Source of the DNA: Candidatus Saccharimonadota bacterium
GTDB lineage: Bacteria > Pseudomonadota > Gammaproteobacteria > Burkholderiales > Burkholderiaceae
Direction of reading: 5' to 3'
Length of the DNA stretch: 32,000 bases
Assembly (NCBI RefSeq): GCF_964019745.1
Contig: NZ_OZ026462.1
Coordinates: 300,001-332,000, forward strand
In this document: in pieces, positions 8,877-18,776 of the stretch
Layout: every line of letters begins with the position of its first letter
How positions within the stretch are numbered: position 1 is the first letter of the stretch
The notes under the pieces: generated by a model
Told to the model about the DNA's origin: nothing
Databases searched by the model: none
Seen by the model: the letters and a program-made list of their open reading frames with translations, nothing else
Position numbers and translations under genes: made by a program

Positions 8877-9698
8877 ATGATAAATAATATTATGAGTATT
8901 GCGGGTACTGATCCTATTAGTGGCGCGGGTATACAATCAGATATTAAAACTTTTTCTGCTTTAAAAACTTATGGAGTTAGTGTTATAACATCAATAATTT
9001 CACAAAATTCTTTTGAAGTTAGAAAAATTTTTCCGTTAAATCCTAATTTAGTTGTTAATCAAATGAATGCTATTTTTGATGATATTTATATTCATGCAAT
9101 AAAAATTGGTGTTCTTGTTAATGATAAAATTATTAAAGCAATTTCTACAAATTTACAAAAAAAAAGAATAAAATGTCCAATTATTTTTGATCCTATTTTA
9201 TTTTCAAGTAATGGTAAATGTTTATTAAAAATTAAATATATAAAATCTTTAAAAGAAAATTTATTTCCATTATTAACATTAATAACTCCTAATTTATTTG
9301 AAATATTATTTTTAATAAAAAAAATAAAAAATAAAATTTTAAAAAAAGAAATATATTTATTATTAAGAGAAATAAGAGATTTTAATATTCCTTGGGTTTT
9401 ATTAAAAGGAGGACATTTAAAAGGTAAAAAATGTATTGATTTTTTATGTAATTTTAAAAAAATAATAAAATTTATTTCAAAAAAAATAAATAATAAAAAT
9501 ATTCATGGAACTGGATGTACATTTTCTTCAGCTATTACAGCTTTGTTGTCAAAATATAATAATATACCTATAAGTGTTTATTTAGCAAAAAAATATTTAA
9601 ATAAAACTTTAATTAATTCTAATAAATTAAATATAACAAAAAAAAATTGTATAATTAATCATTTTTATAAATTTTGGAATAATTTTGATTTAATTTAA
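8877..9698 (+). CDS. thiD: Hydroxymethylpyrimidine / phosphomethylpyrimidine kinase
   Basis: This is a 273-aa ORF. It has the ThiD N-terminal signature IAGTDPISGAGIQSDIKTFSALKTYGVSVITSIISQNS, followed by LLKGGHL and HGTGCTFSSAITALL (ribokinase-family anion hole). Confidence 0.8.
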   Translation: MINNIMSIAGTDPISGAGIQSDIKTFSALKTYGVSVITSIISQNSFEVRKIFPLNPNLVVNQMNAIFDDIYIHAIKIGVLVNDKIIKAISTNLQKKRIKCPIIFDPILFSSNGKCLLKIKYIKSLKENLFPLLTLITPNLFEILFLIKKIKNKILKKEIYLLLREIRDFNIPWVLLKGGHLKGKKCIDFLCNFKKIIKFISKKINNKNIHGTGCTFSSAITALLSKYNNIPISVYLAKKYLNKTLINSNKLNITKKNCIINHFYKFWNNFDLI

Positions 9699-9731
9699 TT
9701 ATTTTAAAAATATTTTATAAAAAAAATACAA

Positions 9732-10679
9732 ATGATAAAACATTCAAAAATTTTAGTTTTAGGAACAGGTCCTGCTGGTTGTACAGCTGCTATTTATTTA
9801 GCAAGAGCAAATTTATATACTACATTAATAACAGGTCCAATTCCAGGTGGGCAATTAATTAGTACTTCAGGTATAGAAAATTGGCCAGGTGATTATCCTT
9901 CAGTAAAAGGAATAATATTAATGGAAAGAATGATAAATCATACTAAAAATTTAAAAATTAATTTAATTAATGATACTATAATTAAAGTTAATTTATTAAA
10001 AAAACCATTTTTATTAATAGGTAATAATGCTTCATATACTTGTGAAGCTTTAATTATTGCTACAGGAGCTTCTCCAAAGTATTTAGGATTACCTTTAGAA
10101 AAAGAATTATTAGGTAAAGGTATTTCTTTTTGTGCTACTTGTGATGGATTTTTTTTTCGTAATAAAAATGTTGCTGTTATAGGTGGGGGAAATACAGCAG
10201 TAGAAGAAGCATTATATTTAGCTAATATAGCTAAAAAAGTATTTATTATACATAGAAGAAATATTTTTAAAGCTGAAAAAATTTTAATAAATAGACTTAA
10301 AGATAAATCTATTAATTCTAAAATAGATATAAAATTTTCTTTTTTTTTAAAAAAAATATATGGTAATAAAGAACAAGGTTTAACAGGTATAAAAATACAA
10401 TCTTTAGAAAATTCTAAAAATATAATTAATTTATCTTTAGATGGATTATTTATAGCTATTGGACATGAACCTAATACAAATATTTTTAAAGATCAAATAA
10501 GTTTAACAAAAAATAAATATATAAAAATAGGAATAGATAAAAAATATACTACTTCTACTAATATAAAAGGAATTTTTGCTGCAGGTGATGTTCATGATTT
10601 TAAATATAGACAAGCAATTACTAGTTCTGGTTTTGGTTGTATGGCGGCTTTAGATGTACAAAAATATTTTAATAAATAA
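9732..10679 (+). CDS. trxB: Thioredoxin reductase (NADPH)
   Basis: This is a 315-aa ORF. It has the FAD-binding motif GTGPAGCTAAIY, the redox-active motif CATCDG, the NADPH-binding motif GGGNTAVEEALYL, and the C-terminal motif FAAGDV. Confidence 0.92.
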   Translation: MIKHSKILVLGTGPAGCTAAIYLARANLYTTLITGPIPGGQLISTSGIENWPGDYPSVKGIILMERMINHTKNLKINLINDTIIKVNLLKKPFLLIGNNASYTCEALIIATGASPKYLGLPLEKELLGKGISFCATCDGFFFRNKNVAVIGGGNTAVEEALYLANIAKKVFIIHRRNIFKAEKILINRLKDKSINSKIDIKFSFFLKKIYGNKEQGLTGIKIQSLENSKNIINLSLDGLFIAIGHEPNTNIFKDQISLTKNKYIKIGIDKKYTTSTNIKGIFAAGDVHDFKYRQAITSSGFGCMAALDVQKYFNK

Positions 10680-10770
10680 TTTTTTTTAAAATAAAATTAA
10701 AATTAAATAAAAATAAAAATTAATTAATATTTATTTTTTTTTATTATTTTTTTATTAAATTTTTTAAAAA

Positions 10771-10821
10771 TATTAATATTAATATTAATATTAATATTAA
10801 TATTAATATTAATATTAATAT
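10771..10821. repeat. Hexanucleotide microsatellite (TATTAA)x8. In the ATTAAT phase the unit is its own reverse complement.
   Basis: Direct reading shows eight perfect tandem TATTAA units from 10771 to 10818, followed by a partial unit. The array lies in the 557-bp trxB-rsmE spacer. Confidence 0.95.
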
Positions 10822-11236
10822 TTATATTTATATTAATAATATTTATTAAATTTTAATTTTATAATTATTTTAATTTTTATAATATTTTAATTATTAAAAT
10901 AATTAAAAATAATTATTAAAAAATAATTATTCATTTTTTTAATATTTTTAATAAAAATTTTATAATTTATTAAATAAAATAAAAAATATAATAATATAAA
11001 ATTATTTTTTTTAATTAAATAAAATAAATTTATTATATATTTATTTATTAAAAATTTAATAAATTATGTTTAAAATAATTAAATTATAAAATTATAATTT
11101 ATTTTTATTATTTTAAATTATAAATTTATGTAATTTAATTTTATTTTAATAATATTTGTTATTTTTTAAAAAATATTATAAATATTTTATTTAAATTTAT
11201 TTAAATTATTTAATATAATAATAAAATATATATTAT

Positions 11237-11959
11237 ATGCAACATAGATTTTTTTATAATGGTATTTTAAAAAATAAAAAAAAAATAATTATTTCTAAAA
11301 AAAAAATTCATCATTTTATGAATTTAAGAATTAAAAAAGGAGAAAAAATTATTTTATTTAATGGTTTAGGCGGTGAATATATTGCTTTTATTATAGAAAT
11401 AAATAAAAAAAAAATATATATTAAAATATGTGATTTTATTAATAAATCTATTGAACTTCCTTACAAATTTAAATTAATACAAGCAATAGTAAAAAAATCA
11501 AAAATGAATTGGATAATAGAAAAATCTACAGAATTAGGTGTATATTGTATACAATTATTAAAAACTAAATATTGTAATTTACATTATAATAAAAAAAAAA
11601 TAAAAAAAAAAATAATTAATTGGGAAAATATAATAAAATCTTCTTCTGAACAATGTGGTAGAAATACTTTAATGAAAATATTTTCAATAAAAAAATTTTC
11701 GTTTTTTTTAAAAAGTAAAAAGAAAAAAATTTTATTTTCACCTAATTCAAATTTTTCAATTTTAAATTGGGCTAAAAATAATATTCCTCAAGATATAAAT
11801 TTTTTAATTGGTCCAGAAGGAGGATTTAGTAAAAAAGAAGAAAATTTTGCTAAAAATAATAACGTAGAAATATTATCTTTAGGTCCTAGAATACTTAGAA
11901 CAGAAACAGCAGGAATAACTGTTGTTAATATACTTAAATCTATTTGGAATATTATATAA
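11237..11959 (+). CDS. rsmE: 16S rRNA (uracil1498-N3)-methyltransferase RsmE
   Basis: This is a 240-aa ORF. It has an N-terminal PUA-like start (RFFYNG...) and the C-terminal SPOUT knot motifs LIGPEGGFSKKEE and LGPRILRTETAG. Confidence 0.75.
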   Translation: MQHRFFYNGILKNKKKIIISKKKIHHFMNLRIKKGEKIILFNGLGGEYIAFIIEINKKKIYIKICDFINKSIELPYKFKLIQAIVKKSKMNWIIEKSTELGVYCIQLLKTKYCNLHYNKKKIKKKIINWENIIKSSSEQCGRNTLMKIFSIKKFSFFLKSKKKKILFSPNSNFSILNWAKNNIPQDINFLIGPEGGFSKKEENFAKNNNVEILSLGPRILRTETAGITVVNILKSIWNII

Positions 11960-12030
11960 TTTTTTATATAATATGTAAATATTATTTTTATAAAATAATT
12001 TGTTATAAATATTATAATATATATTATAAA

Positions 12031-14865
12031 ATGTTAAAAATAAAATATCCAATTAATATAAAGAAAACAAATTTTCCTATGAGAGGAAATTTATTAAAAT
12101 TAGAAATTGAAATTCTTAATAAATGGAAAAAAGATAATATTTATAAAAAAATAAGAGAAAAATTTAAGGATAAATTAGAATTTATTTTACATGATGGTCC
12201 ACCTTATGCTAATGGTCCTATTCATATTGGTCATGCTGTAAATAAAATTTTAAAAGATTTTATAATAAAATCTAATTGTATGTTAGGATATAATGCTAAA
12301 TATATACCTGGTTGGGATTGTCATGGAATGCCAATAGAAATTCAAATAGAAAAAAAATTTGGTAAAAATATATCTATTAAAAAAGTTTTAACAGAAGCTA
12401 GAAAATATGCTGAAAAACAAATTAAAAAACAAAAACTTGATTTTATTCGTTTAGGAATTATTGGAGATTGGAAAAATATTTATAAAACAATGAATTTTAA
12501 AAATGAAGCTGAAGAATTAAGAATTTTTAGAAAATTATTAAAAAATGGTTATATATATCATGGTTTAAAACCAGTTTATTGGTGTTTTGATTGTAAATCA
12601 GCTTTAGCAGAAGCTGAAATAGAATATAAAATTAAAAAATGTATATCTTTATATGTAGGTTTTCCTTTTTTTGAACATATTAAATTAGCAAAATTATTTA
12701 ATTTAAAAAAATTATCAACAAAAAATGGATTTATTATTATTTGGACTACTACTCCTTGGAGTTTAATTTCAAATCAAGCTTTAAGTTTAAATCCTAACTT
12801 AAATTATTCTTTAATAGAAATAAAAATAAAAAAAAAAATATTAATTATTCTTGCAGAAGATTTAATAGAAAATTTTTTAAGAAAAATTAATTTAAATGGT
12901 AAAATTATTTCTACAATTAAGGGAAAAAAATTAAAATTAATTAATTTTAAACATCCATTTTATAAATTTGATAATTTTTTTAATCGTTTATCACCAATTT
13001 TTTTAGATAAAAATATAACTAAAGATAATGGTACTGGAATTGTACATTTAGCTCCTGCATATGGCGTTGAAGATTATAATTTATGTAAAAAAAATAATAT
13101 TAAAGATTTTAATATTTTAGATTTTATAACAGATTCTGGAAATTTTAAAATTAATATATCATTTTTAAAAAAAAAAAATATTTGGGAATCAATAGATATT
13201 ATTTGTTTAAAATTAAAAGAATCAGAATCATTATTTAAAATAGAAAAATTTAAACATAAATATATGTATTGTTGGAGACATAATACACCAGTTATTTATA
13301 AAACTACTTTGCAATGGTTTGCATCTATGGATATTCTTATTAAAAATAATAAAAAAACTTTAAGAGAAAAAGCTATTAGTAGTATTAAAAATATAACTTT
13401 TTTTCCTAAAAAAGGAAAAAATATTTTTAAAAATATGATTATTAATAGACCAGATTGGACTTTATCTCGTCAAAGACAATGGGGAGTACCTATAGCTCTT
13501 TTTTATCATTATAAAACTGGTGAATTACATCCTAAAACAGATAAAATTTTAAAAAAAATAGCTAATAAAATTGAAAAATATGGTATTGAAATATGGCATA
13601 AAATTGATTTGCAAAAAATAATAAATGAAAAAAATTCTATAAAATATATAAAAAGTAAAGATACTTTAGATGTTTGGTTTGATTCTGGTACAACACATAA
13701 AACAGTTTTAAGAGGATCTCATAAAAAATATTTAAAATTTCCTTCTGATATATGTGTAGAAGGAATAGATCAATTTAGAGGATGGTTTAATACTTCTTTA
13801 TTAACTTCTTTAATGTTAGATAATAAAATACCTTATAAATCTTTATTAGTTCATGGATTTGTAGTTGATAAAAATGGTAAAAAAATGTCTAAATCTAATG
13901 GTAATGTTATATCTCCTAAAGATATTATAGATACTTATGGAGCAGAAATATTAAGATTATGGGTTGCTTCTGTAAATTATTCTAATGAATTATCTATATC
14001 AAAAGATATTTTAAATCGTGTAATAGAAATTTATAGAAGAATTCGTAACACTATTAGATTTTTATTATCTAATATAGAAGATTTTGATAATAAAAAAGAT
14101 TCTATTTTAATAGAAAAAATGTTAGAAATTGATAAATATGCAATAATTAAATTAAATATTTTACAAAAAAATATTTTAAAATATTATAGTTTATATAAAT
14201 TTTATTTAATTATTCACAATATTCAAAAATATTGTTCAGAAGAATTAGGATCTTTTTATTTAGATATAATAAAAGATAGATTATATACTAATGCTATTAA
14301 TTCTTTATCTAGAAGATCTGCACAAACAGCTATTTGGCATATAACTAAAACTATACTTTGTTTAATTTCTCCAATTTTATCATTTACAGCAGATGAAGCA
14401 TGGAATTATTTTAATAATAAAAAAGAAAATAAAGAAACTATTTTTATAGAAACATATCATGTTTTACCAAAAATTTTAAATTCTAAAGAAATTTTAAAAA
14501 AATTTTTAATTTTAAAAAAAATTAAAAATAATATAATAAAAAAAATAGAAGAAAATAGAATTTCTAAAAAAATTGGTTCAACTTTAGAAGTTAAAGTAAA
14601 ATTAAAAGTAAAAAAAAAAAAATATTTTTTATTAAAAAGTTTTGGTAAAGATTTAAAATTTGCTTTTATAATTTCTTCAATAAAAATTGAAAAAATTTTA
14701 GATAAAGAAAAAGAATCTATAGAAATTAATTTAAGTAAATATAAAAAATGTGAACGTTGTTGGCATTATTGTAAAAATGTTGGATTAAATAATAAACATA
14801 AAACATTATGTAAAAGATGTATTATTAATTTATTTAAAAAAGGAGAAAAAAGATTGTTTATATAA
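12031..14865 (+). CDS. ileS: Isoleucine--tRNA ligase
   Basis: The HIGH motif (PPYANGPIHIGHAVNK), the KMSKS motif (GKKMSKSNGN), the GWDCHGMP motif and a C-terminal Cys cluster (CERCWHYC...CKRC) are all present. The ORF-track start at 11944 is a TTG giving 29 residues of Y/I/K junk that overlaps the end of rsmE. The ATG at 12031 (MLKIKYPINIKKTNFPMRGNL) aligns with the normal IleRS N-terminus. Confidence 0.93.
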   Translation: MLKIKYPINIKKTNFPMRGNLLKLEIEILNKWKKDNIYKKIREKFKDKLEFILHDGPPYANGPIHIGHAVNKILKDFIIKSNCMLGYNAKYIPGWDCHGMPIEIQIEKKFGKNISIKKVLTEARKYAEKQIKKQKLDFIRLGIIGDWKNIYKTMNFKNEAEELRIFRKLLKNGYIYHGLKPVYWCFDCKSALAEAEIEYKIKKCISLYVGFPFFEHIKLAKLFNLKKLSTKNGFIIIWTTTPWSLISNQALSLNPNLNYSLIEIKIKKKILIILAEDLIENFLRKINLNGKIISTIKGKKLKLINFKHPFYKFDNFFNRLSPIFLDKNITKDNGTGIVHLAPAYGVEDYNLCKKNNIKDFNILDFITDSGNFKINISFLKKKNIWESIDIICLKLKESESLFKIEKFKHKYMYCWRHNTPVIYKTTLQWFASMDILIKNNKKTLREKAISSIKNITFFPKKGKNIFKNMIINRPDWTLSRQRQWGVPIALFYHYKTGELHPKTDKILKKIANKIEKYGIEIWHKIDLQKIINEKNSIKYIKSKDTLDVWFDSGTTHKTVLRGSHKKYLKFPSDICVEGIDQFRGWFNTSLLTSLMLDNKIPYKSLLVHGFVVDKNGKKMSKSNGNVISPKDIIDTYGAEILRLWVASVNYSNELSISKDILNRVIEIYRRIRNTIRFLLSNIEDFDNKKDSILIEKMLEIDKYAIIKLNILQKNILKYYSLYKFYLIIHNIQKYCSEELGSFYLDIIKDRLYTNAINSLSRRSAQTAIWHITKTILCLISPILSFTADEAWNYFNNKKENKETIFIETYHVLPKILNSKEILKKFLILKKIKNNIIKKIEENRISKKIGSTLEVKVKLKVKKKKYFLLKSFGKDLKFAFIISSIKIEKILDKEKESIEINLSKYKKCERCWHYCKNVGLNNKHKTLCKRCIINLFKKGEKRLFI

Positions 14866-15024
14866 AAATTTTTAAAAAAAAATTGTATTTATAATAAATT
14901 ATTAATAAAAAATAATATTTTTTAATATATTATATATATATTATATTTAATAAATAAAAAAATATTTTATATAATTTAAAATTTTTAATAAAAATTTTAA
15001 AAACATTTTTAAAAATATTAAAAT

Positions 15025-15474
15025 ATGAAAAATATTAATATTAAAATTTTTAATTATAAAATTAAAAATAAATTACCAAAATATGAAACAAATGGTAGTG
15101 CTGGATTAGATTTACGTGCTTGTATAAAAAATAAAAAAATTATTTTTCCTAAAAAAAAATATTTAATACCAAGTGGTATAGGTATATATATAAAAGATAA
15201 AAATATTACTTCTTTAATAATTCCTCGTAGTGGATTAGCACATAAATATAATTTAATATTAGGAAATACTATAGGATTAATAGACTCAGATTATCAAGGA
15301 CAAATAATGATTTCTATTTTGAATAGAGGAAAAAAAGAATTTATTATAGAACCAATGATGAGAATTGCACAAATGATTTTTATACCTTTAATAAAAATTA
15401 ATTGGAATCTTGTTGAAGATTTTAAAAAAAATAAAAGAAATAATAAAGGTTTTGGAAGTACTGGTTTAATATAA
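15025..15474 (+). CDS. dut: dUTP diphosphatase
   Basis: This is a 149-aa ORF with the dUTPase motifs GSAGLDLRA, IPRSGLA, GLIDSDYQGQI and the C-terminal GFGSTG. Confidence 0.92.
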   Translation: MKNINIKIFNYKIKNKLPKYETNGSAGLDLRACIKNKKIIFPKKKYLIPSGIGIYIKDKNITSLIIPRSGLAHKYNLILGNTIGLIDSDYQGQIMISILNRGKKEFIIEPMMRIAQMIFIPLIKINWNLVEDFKKNKRNNKGFGSTGLI

Positions 15475-15499
15475 AAATATATTATTAAATAATATATAA

Positions 15500-15590
15500 T
15501 AGAGATGGAGGGATTTGAACCCTCGATACAGAATAAAATCTATATGCTTCCTTAGCAGGGAAGTGTTTTAAACCACTCAACCACATCTCT
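15500..15590 (-). tRNA. tRNA-Ser (anticodon GCU), class II with a long variable arm
   Basis: The reverse strand reads AGAGATGTGGTTGAGTGGTTTAAAACACTTCCCTGCTAAGGAAGCATATAGATTTTATTCTGTATCGAGGGTTCAAATCCCTCCATCTCTA. The acceptor stem is AGAGATG/CATCTCT, the anticodon stem is CTTCC/GGAAG with loop CTGCTAA, and the T-arm is GAGGG/TTCAAAT/CCCTC. Confidence 0.9.
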
Positions 15591-15627
15591 AAAATATTTA
15601 ATATTATAATATTTTTTAAAAAAATTA

Positions 15628-16587
15628 TTAATTATATAAATTAATCATTTTAGACATATAAATACAAATTTTTATTTGTTTTTTAATAAAAAATGGGATA
15701 GGAATTTTACCAATAAGTATTTCTTTTGTTAAAAAAGCTGTATTTTTAATATTATTTTTTCTTTTTAAAAATATATTAAATATTTTTTTATTAATTTTAT
15801 TATATATTATTTCATTTTTATTTAGAAAAAACCAATTTATTTGTTTCATTTTTTTAATATTTGTCATTACTTCTCCTTCGGTGGATTTCATTAAAAATAC
15901 TCCACCTTCTTTTTTAAAATTTAAATTAATAAATATTTTTGATAAAATATTAAAATATTTTATATGTGAATAAGATATTAATCTTAATGAAGGTTTTGAA
16001 AATGGTTGAATAATTTTTATTAAAAAATTTGCAAAATTACGAATACCTAAAAAAAATCTTAATGATAACAAACGATAAATTTTTGGAAAAAGTTTTTTTA
16101 TAGAAAAAAATGCTATTTTTTTAGTTTTTAATAAAAAATTAATATCTTTATAATTATGAGCATTACGAAAACCTAATTTTTGTAAAATTTTTGTAGTTGT
16201 TATTTTATTAAAATTATTAATAGTTCCATGAATTAAAACAGGAATATTTTCACGAGCTAATAATAAAGCTAGTAAAGGAATAAAATTAATATTTTTTTTT
16301 GTACCATTATAACTAGGAATGACTATTGGAGCATATTTTTTATATTTAAAAAATTTAATTTTTTTAAAAGAATTTTTAATAACTTTTAAAAAACCTATAA
16401 TTTCATTTATTGTTTCACCTTTTATACGCATAGCTACTAAAATAGTACCTAATTCTATATCAGAAATATTATTATTTAAAATTGACCATAAAAGAAAATA
16501 TGCGTCATTTTTAGAAAGATTATTATTTTTTTTTTTATTATTAGAAATAATTTTTATTATTTTTAAAAATTTAGAATTATAATACAT
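15628..16587 (-). CDS. Glycosyltransferase family 3 (TrpD-like) protein. It is probably a TrpD2/YbiB-type paralogue rather than a catalytic anthranilate phosphoribosyltransferase.
   Basis: This is a 319-aa ORF. The N-terminal helical domain and the MRIKGETINEIIGF block place it in the TrpD family. However, the glycine-rich PRPP loop (GTGGD) is replaced by IVIPSYNGTKKNINF, and the KHGN(R) block is replaced by VLIHGTINNFNK. A later block, LMKSTEGEVMTN, resembles my recollection of E. coli YbiB. Confidence 0.55.
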   Translation of the reverse strand: MYYNSKFLKIIKIISNNKKKNNNLSKNDAYFLLWSILNNNISDIELGTILVAMRIKGETINEIIGFLKVIKNSFKKIKFFKYKKYAPIVIPSYNGTKKNINFIPLLALLLARENIPVLIHGTINNFNKITTTKILQKLGFRNAHNYKDINFLLKTKKIAFFSIKKLFPKIYRLLSLRFFLGIRNFANFLIKIIQPFSKPSLRLISYSHIKYFNILSKIFINLNFKKEGGVFLMKSTEGEVMTNIKKMKQINWFFLNKNEIIYNKINKKIFNIFLKRKNNIKNTAFLTKEILIGKIPIPFFIKKQIKICIYMSKMINLYN

Positions 16588-16612
16588 AATTATTTTATAA
16601 TTTATTTAAAAT

Positions 16613-17632
16613 ATGATTATTTTAGGTATTGAAACATCTTGTGATGAAACTAGTTTAGCTTTATATTCTATTAAATATGGTTTAATTTCATATATTACAC
16701 ATTCTCAATTTTTAAAACATTCAAAATATGGAGGAATAGTACCAGAAATTGCTTCAAGAGAACATACAAAAAAAATTTTATCATTATTTAAAAAATTATT
16801 ATTTCAAAGTAATATTCATCAATCACAAATTGATATTATAGCATGTACAGGAGGCCCAGGATTATCAGGATCATTATTAATAGGAGCTTTATTTGGAAAT
16901 AGTTTAGCTTTTTTACTAAAAAAACCTGTTACTTATATTAATCATTTAGAAGGACATATATTAGTGCCATTTTTAACTTCTAAATTAATAATTTTTCCTT
17001 TTTTATCACTTTTAATTTCTGGAGGACATACACAATTAATATTAGTTAAAAATATTGGTGAATATAAAATTTTAGGAGAAACACTTGATGATGCAGTAGG
17101 TGAAATTTTAGATAAATTAGCTAGATCAATGAACATCAGTTATCCTGGAGGTGCTATAATTTCTAAATTTGCAAAATTAGGAATTTCTAATGTTTATAAT
17201 TTTCCTCGTCCTATGATTTATTCAAAAAATTTTAATTTTAGTTTTTCAGGATTAAAAACATCAGTATTAAGAACTATAAAAAATATTAAAAATATAAAAA
17301 TTCAAGATAAATATAATATATCTAAATCTATTTTAGAAGCTATTATTGATGTTTTAAAATATAAAGTAATAAAAGCAATAAAAAAAACTAATGTTAAAAT
17401 ATTTTCAATAACAGGAGGAGTAAGTGCTAATAAACAAATAAAAAAATCTTTTAAAAAAGAAATTAAAAAAAAAACATTTTATAAATTATATTATCCTAAA
17501 AAAGAATTTTGTACTGATAATGGTGTTATGATAGCTTTTGCTTGCGCAATTAGAATTAAAAATAATATTTGTTATACTTCAAATAAATATTTAATAAATA
17601 TAGATCCTAAATGGTCAATAAATAATTTATAA
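16613..17632 (+). CDS. tsaD: tRNA N6-adenosine threonylcarbamoyltransferase TsaD (Gcp/Kae1 family)
   Basis: This is a 339-aa ORF. It has the N-terminus ILGIETSCDETSLALY, the metal-binding motif HLEGHIL, and the motifs SGGHTQL and TGGVSAN, with DNGVMIAF near the C-terminus. Confidence 0.9.
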   Translation: MIILGIETSCDETSLALYSIKYGLISYITHSQFLKHSKYGGIVPEIASREHTKKILSLFKKLLFQSNIHQSQIDIIACTGGPGLSGSLLIGALFGNSLAFLLKKPVTYINHLEGHILVPFLTSKLIIFPFLSLLISGGHTQLILVKNIGEYKILGETLDDAVGEILDKLARSMNISYPGGAIISKFAKLGISNVYNFPRPMIYSKNFNFSFSGLKTSVLRTIKNIKNIKIQDKYNISKSILEAIIDVLKYKVIKAIKKTNVKIFSITGGVSANKQIKKSFKKEIKKKTFYKLYYPKKEFCTDNGVMIAFACAIRIKNNICYTSNKYLINIDPKWSINNL

Positions 17633-17644
17633 TATTTTTAATAA

Positions 17645-18589
17645 TTATTTATATAAATTTAAAATATTTTTTATACCTTTTTTTTTAAGTAAAAAAGCTA
17701 TTTTTTTACTTATTTTTTTTGGAAATATTGCACTACCATTTATTTTAGCATTAATAATATATTTTCCATTAGGAGTACCAATCATAGCTTTTATTTTCAT
17801 TAAATTATTTTTTATAATTGCTAATGAACTTAAAGGTATTTGACAATTACTAAAAAATATACGTGATAATGTTCTTTCAGCTATTGAATTTAAATTACTA
17901 TTTTTATGATTTAAAGGAGATAAAATAAAATCTAAATCTTTACGATTTTTTAATATTTCTATTACTAAAGTACCTTGTCCTGGACAAGGTAAAAAATATT
18001 TTATTTTAATAATTTTTTTAATTCTTTTAAATAATTTTAATCTTTTTAATCCAGCTAATGCTAAAATTAATGCATCATATTCTTTATTATCTAATTTTTT
18101 TAATCTAGTTTCAATATTTCCAGTAATTGGTTTAATTATTAATTTAGGAAAATTTTTCATAATTAAAATTTGTCTTCTAATACTATTAGTACCAATAATT
18201 GAACCATTAGGTAAATCATTTAAAGAATTATAAAAATTAGAAATAAAAACATCTCTAGGATCTTCTCTTTTTAAAAAAACAGATATTTTAAAAAATGAAG
18301 ATAAATTTATAGGTACATCTTTTAAACAATGAATTGCTAAATCAGCTTTTTTTTTTATTATTAATTTTTCTAATTTTTTTACAAAATTTTTTTTTCTATT
18401 AATTTTTAAAAAATTTTTATTAATATTTTTTTTTATTTTAGTATTTATACTTTTAATAATAAATTTAAAAAATGGATATAATTTATGTAATTTTTTTTTT
18501 ATATATTTTGCTTGAAAAATAGCAAGAGAACTATTACGTGTAACAATAGTATATTTTATTGGAAAATTTTTATAAAAAAATTTATTCAC
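17645..18589 (-). CDS. hemC: Hydroxymethylbilane synthase (porphobilinogen deaminase)
   Basis: The motifs are TIVTRNSSLAIFQA, ADLAIHCLKDVP, REDPRDVFIS, GTNSIRRQ, GNIETRLKKL, ALILALAGLKRL, PCPGQGTLVIE, and the cofactor Cys context SNCQIPL. The first 25 codons of the track ORF (MVARRAHNPKVVGSNPTPA...) are the tRNA-fMet gene read as protein. I place the start at the GTG at 18587-18589 (MNKFFYKNFPIKYTIVTR), but an ATT start a few codons upstream cannot be excluded. Confidence 0.82.
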   Translation of the reverse strand: MNKFFYKNFPIKYTIVTRNSSLAIFQAKYIKKKLHKLYPFFKFIIKSINTKIKKNINKNFLKINRKKNFVKKLEKLIIKKKADLAIHCLKDVPINLSSFFKISVFLKREDPRDVFISNFYNSLNDLPNGSIIGTNSIRRQILIMKNFPKLIIKPITGNIETRLKKLDNKEYDALILALAGLKRLKLFKRIKKIIKIKYFLPCPGQGTLVIEILKNRKDLDFILSPLNHKNSNLNSIAERTLSRIFFSNCQIPLSSLAIIKNNLMKIKAMIGTPNGKYIINAKINGSAIFPKKISKKIAFLLKKKGIKNILNLYK

Positions 18590-18604
18590 AATATTAAAAA
18601 TTAA

Positions 18605-18681
<77 letters not shown>

Positions 18682-18776
18682 ATTATTTTATTTTTTTTAA
18701 ATAAATTATTTATAAATAATAATATTATATATTAAATTAATAATATTTACAATTTTTTTTTAAAAAAAAATAAAAA

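Noticed and set aside
11944-12030. The TTG-initiated 29-codon extension of the ileS ORF (MEYYIIFYIICKYYFYKIICYKYYNIYYK).
   Set aside because: It overlaps the end of rsmE and has no similarity to IleRS N-termini. The ATG at 12031 gives the canonical start.
16319-16582. An 87-aa ORF antisense to the TrpD-like gene.
   Set aside because: The reasoning is the same as for the other antisense ORFs. It is an antisense shadow ORF with low-complexity sequence.
15628-16587. A straightforward annotation of this ORF as catalytic trpD.
   Set aside because: The GTGGD and KHGN motifs are not present in the translated sequence. The call was downgraded to TrpD-like/TrpD2 pending a profile search.
16942-17136. 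A 64-aa ORF antisense to tsaD.
   Set aside because: It is an antisense shadow ORF inside a strongly supported CDS.
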